Assembly: GCA_013265495.1 (NCBI GenBank)
Contig: MU058449.1
Location: forward strand, 730,176 to 794,175
Reading direction: 5' to 3'
From: Vicugna vicugna
Lineage: Eukaryota
Length of the DNA stretch: 64,000 bases
In this document: piece after piece, positions 37,071-50,435 of the stretch
Layout: each line of letters begins with the position of its first letter
Position numbering within the stretch: position 1 is the first letter of the stretch
Program-made: the position numbers and the translations under genes
The notes under the pieces: model-generated
What the model was told of the DNA's origin: nothing
Seen by the model: the letters and a program-made list of their open reading frames with translations, nothing else
Database searches by the model: none

Positions 37071-38363
37071 AACCAGTCACTTCCCTGAACATCAGTTACA
37101 TTATCCCTAAAGTAGGAGTAGTAATCTTTCCAGGGTCTACATCACAGGATGATCATGGAGATTAAATGAATAATATATAGTGAAAGATTTAGAGAAATAT
37201 AAAGTGTTAGACAATACAGTAAAGATAACAAAAATCATGGCTATGGTGCTTTGCACCTGAGATAACTTTTCACATACTTTGTCTCATCTAAAAAAGTCAA
37301 AGGATTTGGAATGAGACATACCTGGATTCAATGTCCAGGACTACAGTATATGAGCTGTTCATTCAGAGGTCAACCACTACAGTTGAGTCTCAGTTTCCTC
37401 ATCTGTATAATGGGACGGGGAAGATGGTATTATCCAAAGTCTCTGTTGATTCTGAGATGGAGAAATTTAGTCAAAAATACTTAGGCACAAATCAAGCAAT
37501 TTATTCTACAGCAAAAGTGTATCATACATATTATTATCATTGTTATTAAAATAATCAGATTCTGTATGATGAAAAATTACCTGGTAAATGATTTTGTTGG
37601 ACATTTGCATTGTCACTGAAGTGTACTACAATTTTCTATTTCATTAAAAAAAAGTGTATCATACAAAATTCAAGAGCCAGAAAAATTGTGGCTTTAGAAG
37701 ACTCAGTTTCAGGAAGTACAGAGCCATCTCCATGGGGGGAAAAAGCAGCTTCTCACTCCCTCAGACTCTGTCTCTGTGGGACTGCATGAACTCTCATGCT
37801 TGCTTCTCTCTGCATAGCTGATTCATTATCCTTCTCTCTTTCCAAAGAGGTATTCTCCTTTTCTCCCTATGCACATGAAAATAGCACGTCCTCAATTTGG
37901 GCAGCAAGTGGACAATCACTAGTTTCTCTGAATTCCAATCACTATTTCCTGGAGAGAAATTTCATGCCATCAGCTCATACCAGGTGTCAACATTGGGGAT
38001 GATGAGCTTTCTGCAGGATAGGTAAGATTATGTAGTAGTGTTGTGACTCTTAGGGCGCTGTAGATGAGAGGGAACAGCCTTACAAAAGAAATTTATTATG
38101 TTCATAAAAGAAATGAGACAATCTGGGCAAATGCACTAGCATAGTTCCTGAAATATAACATAATAGGGAGTCAGTGAATATTTTAATTGTTGTTATTATT
38201 ATGTTTTGAACATATCAGTAAATGGTATAACCAGGTATGGAGCTTGATTTTTAGAATTTGGATTCAATACTAGATTGTTCTTTCCTATCATCCTGGATCC
38301 TCTCAGTGTCTGCCCAGATTGAAGAGGTCACATCTATCTGCAGACCTCATCCATATCCCAAGG

Positions 38364-39323
38364 ATGCTCCCTTCCTAGTCCTTCATCAACATTTCCCTCT
38401 TCCAGCCCCCTGATTTCCTGATAATTGGCATCCCAGGGCTGGAAGCCATTCATGGCTGGATCTCCATCCCCTTCTCCTCCATGTACACTGCGGCCCTCAC
38501 TGGAAATGCCCTGATCCTCTTGGCTGTGAGGAGGACCCCCAGCCTGCACCAGCCCATGTACTACTTCCTGTCCATGCTGGCCCTCACCGATGTGGGTCTC
38601 ACCTTGTCCACCATGCCCACCACCCTGGCTGTGCTCTGGTTTGACCATCGGCTCATCGGCTTCAATGCCTGCCTGGTCCAGATGTTCTTCCTCCACTTCT
38701 TCTCTGTGGTGGAGTCCTCAGTGCTCCTGGCCATGTCCTTTGACCGCTTGGTGGCCATCTCCAACCCCCTGCGCTATGCAGCTGTCCTCACAAATAGTGT
38801 CATCATCAGGATTGGACTGGCCATTGTGGCCCATGCTACCCTGTCTCTCTTTCCTGTGCCATTTTTGATTAAGCATCTTAACTTCTGCCCTGGAAATAAC
38901 TTCCTGTCCCACTCATTCTGTTTCCACCTTGATGTAATGAGAAGAGCCTGTGCTGACATCAGCATCAGTATACACTATGGGCTCTGTGTGGTTGTGTCCA
39001 CTGGGGGCATTGAATCCCTGCTCATTGTCCTGTCCTACAGTCTCATTCTGCACATGGTCATGGGACTGGCTTCTCCCAGGGAGCACATCTGGGCCCTCAA
39101 CAACTGTGTTTCCCATATCCTGGCTGTGTCTTCTTTATTCCAGTTATCACCATGTCCATGATCCACTGTTTTGGGAGGCACCTGCCTCCCCATTACACAT
39201 GCCTTTGTTGCTTATGTGTAGCTGGTGGTGCCCTCTGTGCTCAACCCCATCATCTATAGTGTCAAATCCAAGCCCATCAAGGAGGCCATGCTCAGGGTCC
39301 TGAGGGGAAAAGACCAAGGCTGA
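38364..39323 (+). pseudogene. OR51A-like olfactory receptor pseudogene, paralog of 30735-31697
   Basis: ATG at 38364; CAG>TAG at codon 5 (38376-38378); 4 nt deletion near 39128 (TM6); 1 nt insertion near 39191; TAT>TAG at 39219-39221; ancestral stop TGA at 39321-39323 after ...PIKEAMLRVLRGKDQG. Confidence 0.92.
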
Positions 39324-40768
39324 TGTAATTATGAAATATAACAGGGTCTGAGCACCATAAAAGACACTTGCTGTAGCCTCATAGGAACCAGCTACCCTCA
39401 GCAAGTATTGACAATTCCTAGTCTTTGCTAATACAATGGGAAGACCATCAGGCTTGTTCATGTTATGAATGTATGTTCACCATTTATTTTGTCCTGAAAG
39501 CAGTGCTGAGGATTAACGACTGAGAAATATATTTAACATGGCCCTTTCTTTCTAGGAACTCACCATCTTGTGCCTGGATAAAGCATGTAAATACACAAGC
39601 AGACTTTAGACATATTCGTACCATACAAAGTTCTATGCAAGAGATTACTAGGGATTTGCAAACTGGTACTTGCCAGAACCTTCCTGGGAAGATTGGAGAA
39701 ACCTCTACTAAAGAGAGTGCTTTTTGTTTCATCTTGGAACATGTGTAGGGTTTTTCTCCGCAAAGTAAGAATTAAGAAAGAGAAAAATGTAGGGAAAAAA
39801 GAACAACACAAAAAAGGCATTTTTATATTTTTTCCATAAATTTGTATTGAGCAAGTGAATAAATAAATGTATTGATCAGACGATAAGATGTCACTGGCCC
39901 CAGCACTGACTCTTCTTGTCAGCCATCTCAGGAGTGTCCTGTTCTCCGAGAGACTCCCTTATTTGACAGATTCCATAGTAAAGTCTGACAGTGACAGTTG
40001 CATCGTCTTCTATGTCGACTTCAGATCTCCTCCAGATTCTCCATACCTTCATTCTTCAACCTTCTTAAAAGCCCTACCTCCTTGTTGGCTTCCTTAGGAA
40101 TGGAAGAGGCACATTATAATCTGGTTCCGCACTAGCTTCATTCCCTTTGGATCGAATCTAAGATAAAAAGCTATTAGATGCAAGGGGAATGGACAAGAAG
40201 AAGTTTGAGTGTACCTTGTTTAAAAGATCAACAATGAACATCAACTCTGAAATCCTAAACCAATGCTAGAATATAACCAGCATGGAGGTTTTGACAGCTG
40301 TCCAAGCAAGAGTAGGGTATCTGGACTAGGATGCTGGTAGTCAGAATGGAGAACACAAGGCATGTTTATGAAACATTTCTAGATAAAACCAAAAATAAAT
40401 GAGCAAGTGACTTATGGACTGAGAGTTCCTATCATTCAGACTTCTCTAGCACCCAGCAAAGGTCCAAGTAGCTGAGATGGTAGAGGCAGAGACAGGAATA
40501 TCCAAACAAACGAAATGGGAAAGGTAAAAGGATGCCCATGTAAAAGATAAATGATGAAGATCTTTGTCCGGAAGATACCCTAACTGCCTGCCAAATCTCC
40601 TGAAAGAGGCAGCCCTCTCTTATTCAAGTTCTTAATTCCAGGCCCTTCTAGGTGACCTGATGAGTGTTCATGAAGTAAGTGACCAGACATCTGGTCTAGA
40701 AATTAGGAGATTCTTGCTCTAGTTTTATCTCTGGGTCTGGCATTTAATACTTATTGAGAAACACAGGA

Positions 40769-40794
40769 AGGTGGTGGTGGTGGTGGTGGTGGTG
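40769..40794. repeat. (GGT)n trinucleotide repeat
   Basis: About 8 GGT units. Confidence 0.9.
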
Positions 40795-43107
40795 GGATTT
40801 ATGTGTGTGTATGTTTATATTCACTAAATGGTTAACCCATTTAGGATCCAACCCATGAAACTTTATCCTGAGCTTATTAACTATCATAGACTTGGAATCC
40901 CTTTTGAAATCTAGGATAATAGCTGCATCCCCAGAAAAAAAAAAGTAAAATATGTCTGAGTTATCTCTTTATTATCCATCTATGTGTGTCTCCAATAAAA
41001 TTTCAAATATAAAACGAATATACACATTCATCCTATGTCCATACAGAAGCATGTACACGAGCATTTATTAAAAATCTGGAAGAATAAACACCAAAAAGAA
41101 ATATTTTTAAGGTGACAAGTTTATTGGAGTTTTATTATATTTTTATTTATTTCATATTTTCGAAGTATCTAAGATTTTTCTTTACAGTGATCACATACTG
41201 CTTTCCTAATAAGAAAAAAATCTGTCTCTTTCTCTCCCTTCTTTCATTCTGTTTCTTTATTTCAACCCCAGTGTCAGGGCACTACTGGGAACTGATACGA
41301 TCTTCCACATAGTTCAAAGTGACCAGCATTGAGTCTAGTTTATGTCCGTCATTCTCCTCGCCACCACTCACCTGGGCATAGCAGGTTCCACGCTGTCACA
41401 ATTCTCATCTTCTGGATTCTAGTTCAAGAAACTGGATATTCAATCTCCATAGCCTTTCTACTGAGTAGCCCTGTGCTACCAGCTATGGCCAGAAAGTCTG
41501 GCAGGCCATGCACCATGCTCTCCACTCTACTACCTGCTTCTCACACTTACCTACCTCTCTTTAGGTCTGACTAGCACTCCCCTGTGACTGGAGATCTCAT
41601 TTCTGCCCCATTCATTCCCATGGCACTCCTGTAGTGCCAATGCCGCCTCCTCCCCATTCTGCTTCCCTCTGGAAGTGCTGTGCCTGGCTTGTGGGGCTCC
41701 TGAGTGAGCCTCCGGAACCATACTCGTGCTAAGTACAGCTATCAAAGACACAGTCATTATTGGTCTCGCCTATGGTCTTCTTCTCTGAACCTTGATGCAA
41801 TAGGCTTCCCCTACAGGGTAGCTCAGAGCCCTCGGAGTACATGGTGTCCACTTATATACTCTACTCTCTTTCTGTGGACCCATGCTTGCCTTCACCTTGC
41901 TTCCTGGCTAGCCACATGGTCTCAAAGTGCTTCCTACTCTTGACTGCCTGGTCTATGGTAAGCAGCCCAGCCATTTTCACTGTGGGCTTCTAGATTTTCC
42001 CAGCTGCATCTCTCCATGAAGTGTCTCTCCAGAAATCCAGTGAATGCCCACTGCTGATTATACTGTTTCCCAAACTAGCCGCTGTTAGGAAATTACTCAT
42101 ATTGCTACTACATATTGCAAATTACTCCTGTTGCTACTACACAAATACAATGGCAAACAGACCAGGAACTATTGGGATTAAAGCCATCAGCAACATTAAC
42201 AGGAAATTCCTAAATACAATACTGGCTGAGTGAGAAAGGAACTTAAATACTTCCCCTAGAAAATGCAAAACTCTGGAATGTCTAACTCACTACCCAACTA
42301 GTCTAACAGTCCCTCCTAACAATATGGATAGAGCGTCAAAAGATTTAATTTTTTTTTTTTTGAGCCTGAGTGATCTCATCAAACATCAATTTCCCCATTG
42401 GTACAATGAGGGTACTAATCATATTTCTATCTAAATCAAAATGTTGATAAGAAGATTAAATAGGAAAAGCATCCAAGGTCTGTTTAACTCTAAGAATACC
42501 ATGTGTCATCTTTCATTAATGTAGATGAATATAATCTTCTTGTGGATTTACTTTTAAGCCTCTTCTTAAGAACTGGTACTCAGAAGAAATTTTTTTTTCT
42601 CTATAGAGGTCATTTTGAAGAAGGAAATCTAGGTAAGACTCTTTCCTAAGTTCCAAAGTGGTTGGAGATTCTGAAGAGGAAAACATAGTTTGAAGCCAGA
42701 TTATCTAATTGTATTATATTCTTACATTATTTTATTTTTTGCCATGCTTAATTCTTTGGTAGTAAATGGTCTTTAGATGCATCATCCTCATCTCAGAATG
42801 CTGTGGACTATCAGGGCAAGTGATAGTCTGAATGGTTTGGACTTAAGAATTGGACTGGAAGGTTAAGTGGGAAATCATAACCCTCCAACAGCAACTACCT
42901 CAAAGAACTAAAGGGAAAAATAATATTGAAAAATGGGGATTGAGAGTGTACACTTTTACCAACATGGAGATTCTCCAACCAGTTTCACCTTTGAAGGATC
43001 AGTTGCGTTTTTAAGAATTTTCTTCCTAATACTGTCTTCCAAAATCTTGATATTAAAAAAAATGAATTGAAGGACTTTGCATGAAAAAGAAATCTGATCC
43101 CTGCCAC

Positions 43108-44061
43108 CTAGGGAACTGAAGTATGTGTGGTCACATGGAAAAGACGGAGGATGCGCTGCCGGATCTCCTTTGTCTTCACTCCATAGACAATAGGGTTGAG
43201 CACAGGAGGAACAAGCAGGTAGGTGTTGGCCATGATGATGGGCAGGAGGGAGTCATGCCGTTTGCCAAAGCGGTGTACCATGGACAATCCAATGAAAGGC
43301 ACATAGAATATGAAAACAGCACACACATGAGAGACACAAGTGCCAAATGCCTTTGCCTGGGCTTCACGTGTCAAGCCCAACACAGTCTTTAGGATAAGCA
43401 GATATGACAAAGAGATGAGAAGTGAGTCCAGGCCAATGGCAGAGATGATGACAATGAGGCCGTAGATGATATTGATGTGGATATCAGCACAAGCCAGCTT
43501 CATGACATCTTGGTGGAGGCAGTAGGAATGGGAAAGGATATTGGAGCGGCAGAAAGGCAGCCGTTTGATGAAGACAGGCAGGGGTGCCATAAGCGCAGCA
43601 CCCCGTACCACCGCAGCCATGCCAATCTTGATAACACGAGGCAACGTGAGCACAGTGGCATGGCGCAGTGGGTGGCAGATGGCCACGTAGCGGTCAAAGG
43701 CCATGGCCAGCAGCACCGTGGACTCCATGCCAGATAAGGAGTGGATGGCAAACATCTGTAGCAGACAAGCATCAAACTGGATGGTAGTGGAGTTGAACCA
43801 GAAGATGGCCATCATTTTGGGCATAGATGAGGTGGAGATGAGGACATCAAGGCCAGAAAGCATGCAAAGAAAGATATACATGGGTTCATGTAGGCTATGT
43901 TCTGTCCGCACGATGTAGATGATCGTCAAGTTACCTAGCACAGCAATAAGGTAGAGGGAGCACAGCGGGAAGGCCAACCAGAACTGAGCTTCTTCCAGGC
44001 CTGGGAGGCCTATTAGAATGAAATATGTGGCACTGGATTCATTGCCGTTGGAGCCCACCAT
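43108..44061 (-). CDS. OR51E1: Olfactory receptor 51E1 (Olfr558 ortholog), 317 aa
   Basis: MVGSNGNESSATYFILIGLPGLEEAQFWLAFPLCSLYLIAVLGNLTIIYIVRTEHSLHEPMY...KTKEIRQRILRLFHV matches OR51E1; minus-strand acceptor tgtattccag with exon starting at 44103. Confidence 0.97.
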   Translation of the reverse strand: MVGSNGNESSATYFILIGLPGLEEAQFWLAFPLCSLYLIAVLGNLTIIYIVRTEHSLHEPMYIFLCMLSGLDVLISTSSMPKMMAIFWFNSTTIQFDACLLQMFAIHSLSGMESTVLLAMAFDRYVAICHPLRHATVLTLPRVIKIGMAAVVRGAALMAPLPVFIKRLPFCRSNILSHSYCLHQDVMKLACADIHINIIYGLIVIISAIGLDSLLISLSYLLILKTVLGLTREAQAKAFGTCVSHVCAVFIFYVPFIGLSMVHRFGKRHDSLLPIIMANTYLLVPPVLNPIVYGVKTKEIRQRILRLFHVTTHTSVP

Positions 44062-44821
44062 ATTGAAGAAGCTGAGCTGTGACCAGTGCCTGACGAGTAG
44101 AGGCTGGAATACAGAGATAAACCATTATTAGATCCTCTAGAATTCCAGTACCATTTTTATTTCCCTTCATCCTGATAGCCTGTTCTCTGACCCATACTCT
44201 AACTTCATTGCTTATCTAAACTCATTCTATTCGAAACTCAACCTAGCCATCCTTCATAACTCAAAGACCAATGAATATTTACCGAGTCCTACTTACTAAC
44301 TCCACCTCTAAAGTTACTCCTGAAAACAAATGAAATAGTAAGGCAAAAATTCTAAGTGTATTTTAAACCATTTAGTTCACCAAGGATAGGTTATTGGCTA
44401 AGTACACATCAGACTTAGATGATAAAAACGGCCATCACTTCTTCTGTCCTATCCTATACTTATGCTCCCCTATGCTTAATATCAACCATAATTCTAAATC
44501 TATCATTAGGCTACCTTTAAAACTAATCCCAGTCCAATGTAGCAATACTAAGAGTAACATAGTTAACACTGAAACCTAACCTCTTCACTGCTCCTAATGA
44601 TCTCTCTAACCCCAACTTTAACATTAACCTAAGGTTTTAGTAGTTATTTCAAATGTAATCTAAAACTTAACATCTATTTAATGATGATAAACTTTAATTC
44701 AATAAAAATACCTGACATACTAACTTCATCCTGAACTCTGCATTTCACTCTTGCCAAATGTCCATCCAAAGCCTTACACTTGTCCAGAATGCCTAGTTTA
44801 TATCATAAAAGGAACAATGGC

Positions 44822-45250
44822 TGCAGTGGGTGCTGTTGGTGTCCCACCCAAATCCCCTTCATCAAGTCAGTGCATCTATGTTTCATCTGCACTGAGTGTT
44901 GAATGCTAAAGGCTCACAGTTCCCACTTTCCCCAGGTCAAAGGAGAGGCACTGCACCCAGAAAGTTATGCTTTCCCTACCAGGGTACATCTAGAGGTCAA
45001 CGAGTGCCTGACATAAAGGTACAAAGGCTAACCTCCTTGCCTCAGGGTGACACCAAATCTGTGATAAGTGTTCCTGAGGAGCCAAAGCTGAAGCTGGTCT
45101 ACAGCTGAGACCACAGCCTTACTTAGCTTTCTTTCCCTTCTCTATCCCACTGCCCTCACCCCTCTTCTCATGACAGTAGTCCTTCATATCTCCTTTAAAC
45201 AAGAATTTCTACTTCAAGCTCTGTTTCTAGGAGACTCACCAAGCTTAAGA
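44822..45250 (+). mobile_element. LTR16-like ERVL solo LTR
   Basis: tgcagtgggtgctgttggtgtcccacccaaatcccc start; ggtacaaaggctaacctccttgcctcagggtg; aagctctgtttctaggaga end motif. Confidence 0.55.
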
Positions 45251-48200
45251 GAGTGGGGCTGACACAGAGGACTAAACCTCATAGATGATGGTATCAGAAG
45301 CACTGGAGGAACAATAAATCCTGTACCAGGGTTCTGGTATCCCCGATTCTGGCTATTAAGGTGATAGATATAAGTAGGAATTGCTGAGGTAGAAAAATGT
45401 CAGACTTGCATTTTCTCAGATCATATCTCTCTGATGAAACAACTATAGAGTTAACTAACTTCCCCCCTTTTTTTCCCTTTCTTTCATTCACAAATATTCA
45501 CATGCTCCTACTTTTTACTAGATTATATAAATTGTATATATTTACACACACAGTGTATGTGTATATTTCACATACATACTATCTATGTATATACTAGCTG
45601 TCTCCTCTTCCCGTTATGAAAATAGTAACATTTATTGCTAGAGTATATTTAAGATAATTTTATCTTGGCAAGAAAAGAGAAAAGGTTGGTTCTTAAGATC
45701 TGGCCCTTGACAACCAGGGTAAGGTATTCTGCACGGGCTACCAGGGAGCAGGTGAGTGTGTAGAAGAGCTCAGGGCCAGCATCAGGAGGGGCTCACACCA
45801 TTCACTGGGCTCAGGACACACTGATGATCTTTGCTCCACCACTGAGCTGTCCCCCAGAGATCCCCTCAGACCAGGCACAAAAGGGGAATCACTGGGAGCA
45901 TGAGTTTTAGAACAGAGAGTGACAGAGTTTAATTCAAACTGCTCGAGGGAGAAGATATAAGGGGCAAGACTTATCCAAGAACTTCAGGTTAAGAGGCCAA
46001 AGTCATCAACATCACGTAACTCTTCTGTACTGACCTCTCTGTAGCGTATGCCACTGTGATCAGTTTCCTCCTTCTCAAACCTTCTCCTTGCCCCTTCTGC
46101 TTCCCATCTCTCTCCGAGCACTAGGTCTTTCTGGATCCTCAGCCTCCTCCCCTTGACCCTGAAGCATACTTTTAAATGATAATGCTCTCAGAATTGTATC
46201 CTCAGAGCTCTTCTTGTTCCAGATACTCTCCCCGGACCATCTCTTCCCCTTCAGTAAACCCACTTGTTTACTATTGATTCCCAAACTATTGATCCCAAGT
46301 CTACTTGGGAAAGCCTGACTTAACTTTTGTGATCCAGATTCATCATTCCAAAGTCACTAAAAGCGTTCACCTAGCTTTCTCTCAAACATATCAAACCCTC
46401 CGTGTCTGCGTCCGCACAGATATACTGACTAGCAGTCATCTCGCACAATGACAGAGACCAAGCACCGATATGGAGATAACCAGGAATCAAAGAGAGGAGG
46501 ATGCAGCTGGCCTGGAAGTAAGGTGCCTCGACAGCATGAGGTGGGCAACTGTCGCTGGAGGTAACAGCAGGCTGGACCTCAGAAGGCGGCAGCAGGAGAG
46601 AAATGAAGGAATAGAGAGGGGAGCCAGGCCCAGGACCCAAGCATCACCCTTCAGCCTGTCAGCCCTGAAGCGGCCCAGTCTCCCACTGGACAGACAGCCT
46701 GAGCAGCTGTTGGTAATTAAAGCCATCGCATGCACCCAGAGAATATTTGGCACTCCAGAGGAAACTGGAGCTAAATCATTCTATTTTGAAAACAAAACAT
46801 AATCCAGGAAAAATAAACAGGGAGTTTTTTTTTTCTTTTTCCTCTCATTTTTAGGAAGCCTTCACTGCCTTAACCCCCAGGGAATAGCTCTCTGTGCTTG
46901 AAATTTTCTCTGAAAAAGTCACACTATTTTAGCAAATCCCAGGAATGCTTCTTGGAGAACTGTGAAGGACATCTTAGCCCTTTCTTGACGATAGGGGAAC
47001 AGAAGCCTCCAGTGATACCGAGAAATCCACTTTGAGGCCTTAAATCTTCCTCATTCCTTCCCCGTGGCCTCCAGGACTCTGGCCCCTGTCCAGCTCAGCC
47101 CCCTTACCAGTCCATCCTCATATCCTTCCCCCAAGCTCTCTGAACTCCCTTCTTCCCAGAGACATGGAAAAGCAGTCAGGGGGACAGAGTCAAGAGAACA
47201 ATAGGGTCACTCCCAACGGGGGCCCTATTGGTTTTATGATTATAACAGAAATCGTTGTATGCCTACAGTGTTGAATGCAGACACTAAAGAGTACCTAACC
47301 CAATAACAATTCTGCATAATAGGATTGCTATGTATCTTCTCTACATTATAGGTGAGAAAACTGAGGCCCTCAAGGAGTTAAAAAAATGTTTCCAGGGTTT
47401 ACCAGTTGACTGGTAAAACAGACATTTGACCTAGACTGTTCAGCTCCAAGGCCTGTGTATTTCCCCTTTGAACTGCCTTAATGTGCTGTACCTCCTGAAA
47501 GCTAATCAGATCTGCCCAAGAGGCAGAGGAGAAGAAGGGCTTGGTATGTAAGTCACCTGGCCCAGCTAGAGCCTTGGAAGGCAAACCAAGAGAGCTGTAA
47601 AGAGGACCCTCTGGGACTGGGGCTTGGAAACTCTTTCCTTTTCAGCTCCAACTCCTCTGGCTGCGACTTGGGCAGAGCCCACAGTGGAAAGTAAAAAGCT
47701 TTATCCTCTTCTGAGTACTTCCTTATTATACAATACAAGCCTCAATAGAAGGAGGTATCAGTAATCTCATTTGACAGATGAGGATGGTGAGAGTTGGTTA
47801 GAGCTCTCTGCGTCAAATCCATGTGCTTTCCACAAGGCCAAGCCCTGCCTCTCTCCCAGTCTCCTTTACAATGAATCAATGCTTTATAGGGACTATTTCA
47901 ATGTTAATTCCAATGAATCCAAAATTTGTAGAGCCATGTGTCCAGAGGGCCTCTCTAGGGCTCAGGACGCCTGACCAGCTCTCTGCATTTGGGCTCAGTG
48001 TGTGGGGCGTGAAGAGAGAGAATGTGAGAGGAGATCCATGGTCACTGCCATTATCAGGCTAAGCACACAGAATGTTCCATGCCTAGGTCAGTGGGGTGAG
48101 AGCCTCAGGTGCCCCTGCCTGCCTCTGTGGGAACATCTGGAAGAAAATGTCCTTGGAGGGAAGCCCAGGAATACCTGGGAACCTCTGGCTCTTACTCCCA

Positions 48201-48639
48201 GGCCCAGAGTGGGAAGGCAGACTTCAGGGGCCATGCTGTGGCCAGCAAGGATGATCAGAGCTCATCACTCACAGGGAGGGACCCCCTTCCTTAACACTGC
48301 ATGAGGGCAGTGGGCCCAGAATCGCATCCATCCTGGATCGTCTGCATCTTCTGTCCCCCACACCTTGCTTGGATTTGATAAAGCACATGAACCCTTACAG
48401 GGCCTTGGCCATTCTTTATAGAATGGCCACAGTGAGAATGGAAAGATGGGAGAGTGTATTTCTAACTCACAGAAGGCAGGTTGAGGCCCCCAGCCCTACC
48501 CTCCTCCACTTCCCAAGCTGGACCAGAGCCAACAATATTCCCACACACCTGCGAAGTTTGACCTAGGTATCAGGACCTTTCAGAGCTACTCTGACCATTG
48601 CCTGCATGCACTGGAAAAGCCTGCTCTGGGACTTTGATT

Positions 48640-49440
48640 GATACACTGATTTTTTTCAACAATTCTTGCTTAAATAACTACTGTATGCCCGACTCTGTGC
48701 TAAGCATCAGAGAGACTGGGACACAGAGCAAACAAGTCACAGATCAGCCCTCCAGTGGTGGGGAGAAACTGAGACAAATATGCCATTACCATAACATGTT
48801 GTGATAAATGCTGGGGCAGGGGTAAGTCCCAGGGCCTCAGGAGCAAAGCAGACAATAGCTTACAAAGTTGTCAGGCTTGAAGGGCTTCCCTGAAGAGGTG
48901 ACATGTGAGCCAAGACTTGCAGGGCCAGGCACAGTTAATCAGGCAGGGCTGGGGCATGGGGACAGCAGCATTCAGTTAGACAATGAAGTGTATTGAGTGC
49001 CTACTGTGTGCCCAAAACTAGAGAAAAAACAGTGGATAAAACAGTGTGATGAGAAAGCACCAGCCATTCTAAGGTCAAGGCAAAGAGTGTTCTAGGCAGA
49101 GGACGTAAGAGAAAAAGGTCTTCTGTTCTGGGGGGGTCACTGAAGAAAGAAGGCCAGTGTGGCTGGAGTATCAGGATCACAGGAGAGTTGTAGAAGATGA
49201 AGTCAGGGGAGGGCAGGGGCTAGATCACGTAGGGGCCTGCAGGACAGGGCAAGGAGCTTTGATTTAATTCTGAGTGACTTGGGGAATTTAAGCGGTAGAC
49301 CTGATCTAATTTGTTTTCAAAAGTGCATTCCGGCAAATGCAAAGACCCAGAGAGAAAGAGAACATGCCTTGTTTGAAAAGCTGCAAGTGGTTCAGTGGGA
49401 AGGGATTGGGGGCAGGGGGAGAGGGGATATGCAGTTTGAA
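48640..49440 (-). mobile_element. LINE-2 3' fragment(s)
   Basis: ttcaacaattcttgcttaaataactactgtatgcccgactctgtgctaagc; tattgagtgcctactgtgtgcc; gaaggccagtgtggctggagt; agatcacgtaggggcctgcagg. Confidence 0.65.
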
Positions 49441-49654
49441 AGAGTGCAAGGCAGGGGAAATCACCATGTGGACACAAAATCCGCTTTTTAAATGGGCTGA
49501 AAACAGAACCCTCATCCTAGACCCAGACTGGGTCAGGGTCAGAGCCCCCTGGGAAGATTGCTAAATCCCAGCCTCAGCCACAGCCTGACTCCTGATGCAA
49601 AGTATAGAGTGAGTTCGAACCCACTCGGAGCCCACGCCCCAAACAGAGCTATAG

Positions 49655-49739
49655 TCTGAGAATAACTAAACAACAAAGTCCTACTGTACAGCACACAGAA
49701 CTATAATCAATGGCTTGTAGTAACCTGTAATGAGAAAGA

Positions 49740-49775
<36 letters not shown>

Positions 49776-49830
49776 CTGAATCACTATGCTGTACACCAGA
49801 AGTAAAAAAAAAAAAAATTGATTTTGTAAG
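49655..49830 (+). mobile_element. Short artiodactyl-type L1 3' end with internal (TG)n microsatellite
   Basis: aaacaacaaagtcctactgtacagcac...gtaacctgtaatgag, (TG)~16 at 49741-49772, taactgaatcactatgctgtacaccagaa. Confidence 0.8.
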
Positions 49831-50298
49831 TCAAAGAAAGAAAGAAAGGGCAAAAAAAGCTACAGGCTGACCCCTGCACACAAACTGAGCTTCGCCTGCA
49901 CTAACGCCCTGGGTGGGACTAGCCCTGGCCACACTGAACCCTAGTCCAACTCTAGCCCAGTCCCAGCCCCATCTGTTCGCTGTCCCTGTCACCTTCATTT
50001 AGGTCACCCCCTTCCAGGCTCTAGATGGGCACCCAGTAACCTGATCACTAGGAAGTTTCTTGAAAACCGCATAGGAAGCATCTACCACCACCCCTGCTTC
50101 CCTTCACCACACAAACACAGAAATTGCTGAGTCTGTCTGTCCTTTGAGTCAGGGGCCACCTTCACATCCCCGGCCCTGCCCTTGTACTTTTCTGGTTCTT
50201 TCTGTCCTGGTTTCTCATTCACTCAACAGGTCTAAAGAGGGACCCCGAGCTGCAAGAAACCCACACAGCTGGACCCCCCCCCAACCTCCTGCACTCAC

Positions 50299-50435
50299 CT
50301 CAGCTGCACCGAAGGCACTGGGGCCCTTTTCTCTGGTCCTCTTCCGGAAGCTGTCTGGCAGGCTGTGCTGGAGAGCAGCCCTCGCTGTCTCCACCCCCTC
50401 CTTTGGGCCTCCCTGGTCAGGGTTATTTATTCTCT
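50299..50435 (-). promoter_or_regulatory. OR51E1: Promoter and non-coding exon 1 of OR51E1
   Basis: Minus strand: AATAAATAA TATA-like element (50423-50431), exon about 50390-50299 resembling the recalled human OR51E1 5'UTR (cagcctgccagac...ggaagagga...), donor GAG|GTGAGT at 50298; implied intron 44104-50298. Confidence 0.65.

Noticed and set aside
38481..39161. 226 aa ORF as a functional short receptor
   Set aside because: It is the remnant between the codon-5 stop and the TM6 frameshift of the pseudogene; it lacks the N-terminus, most of TM6 and TM7.
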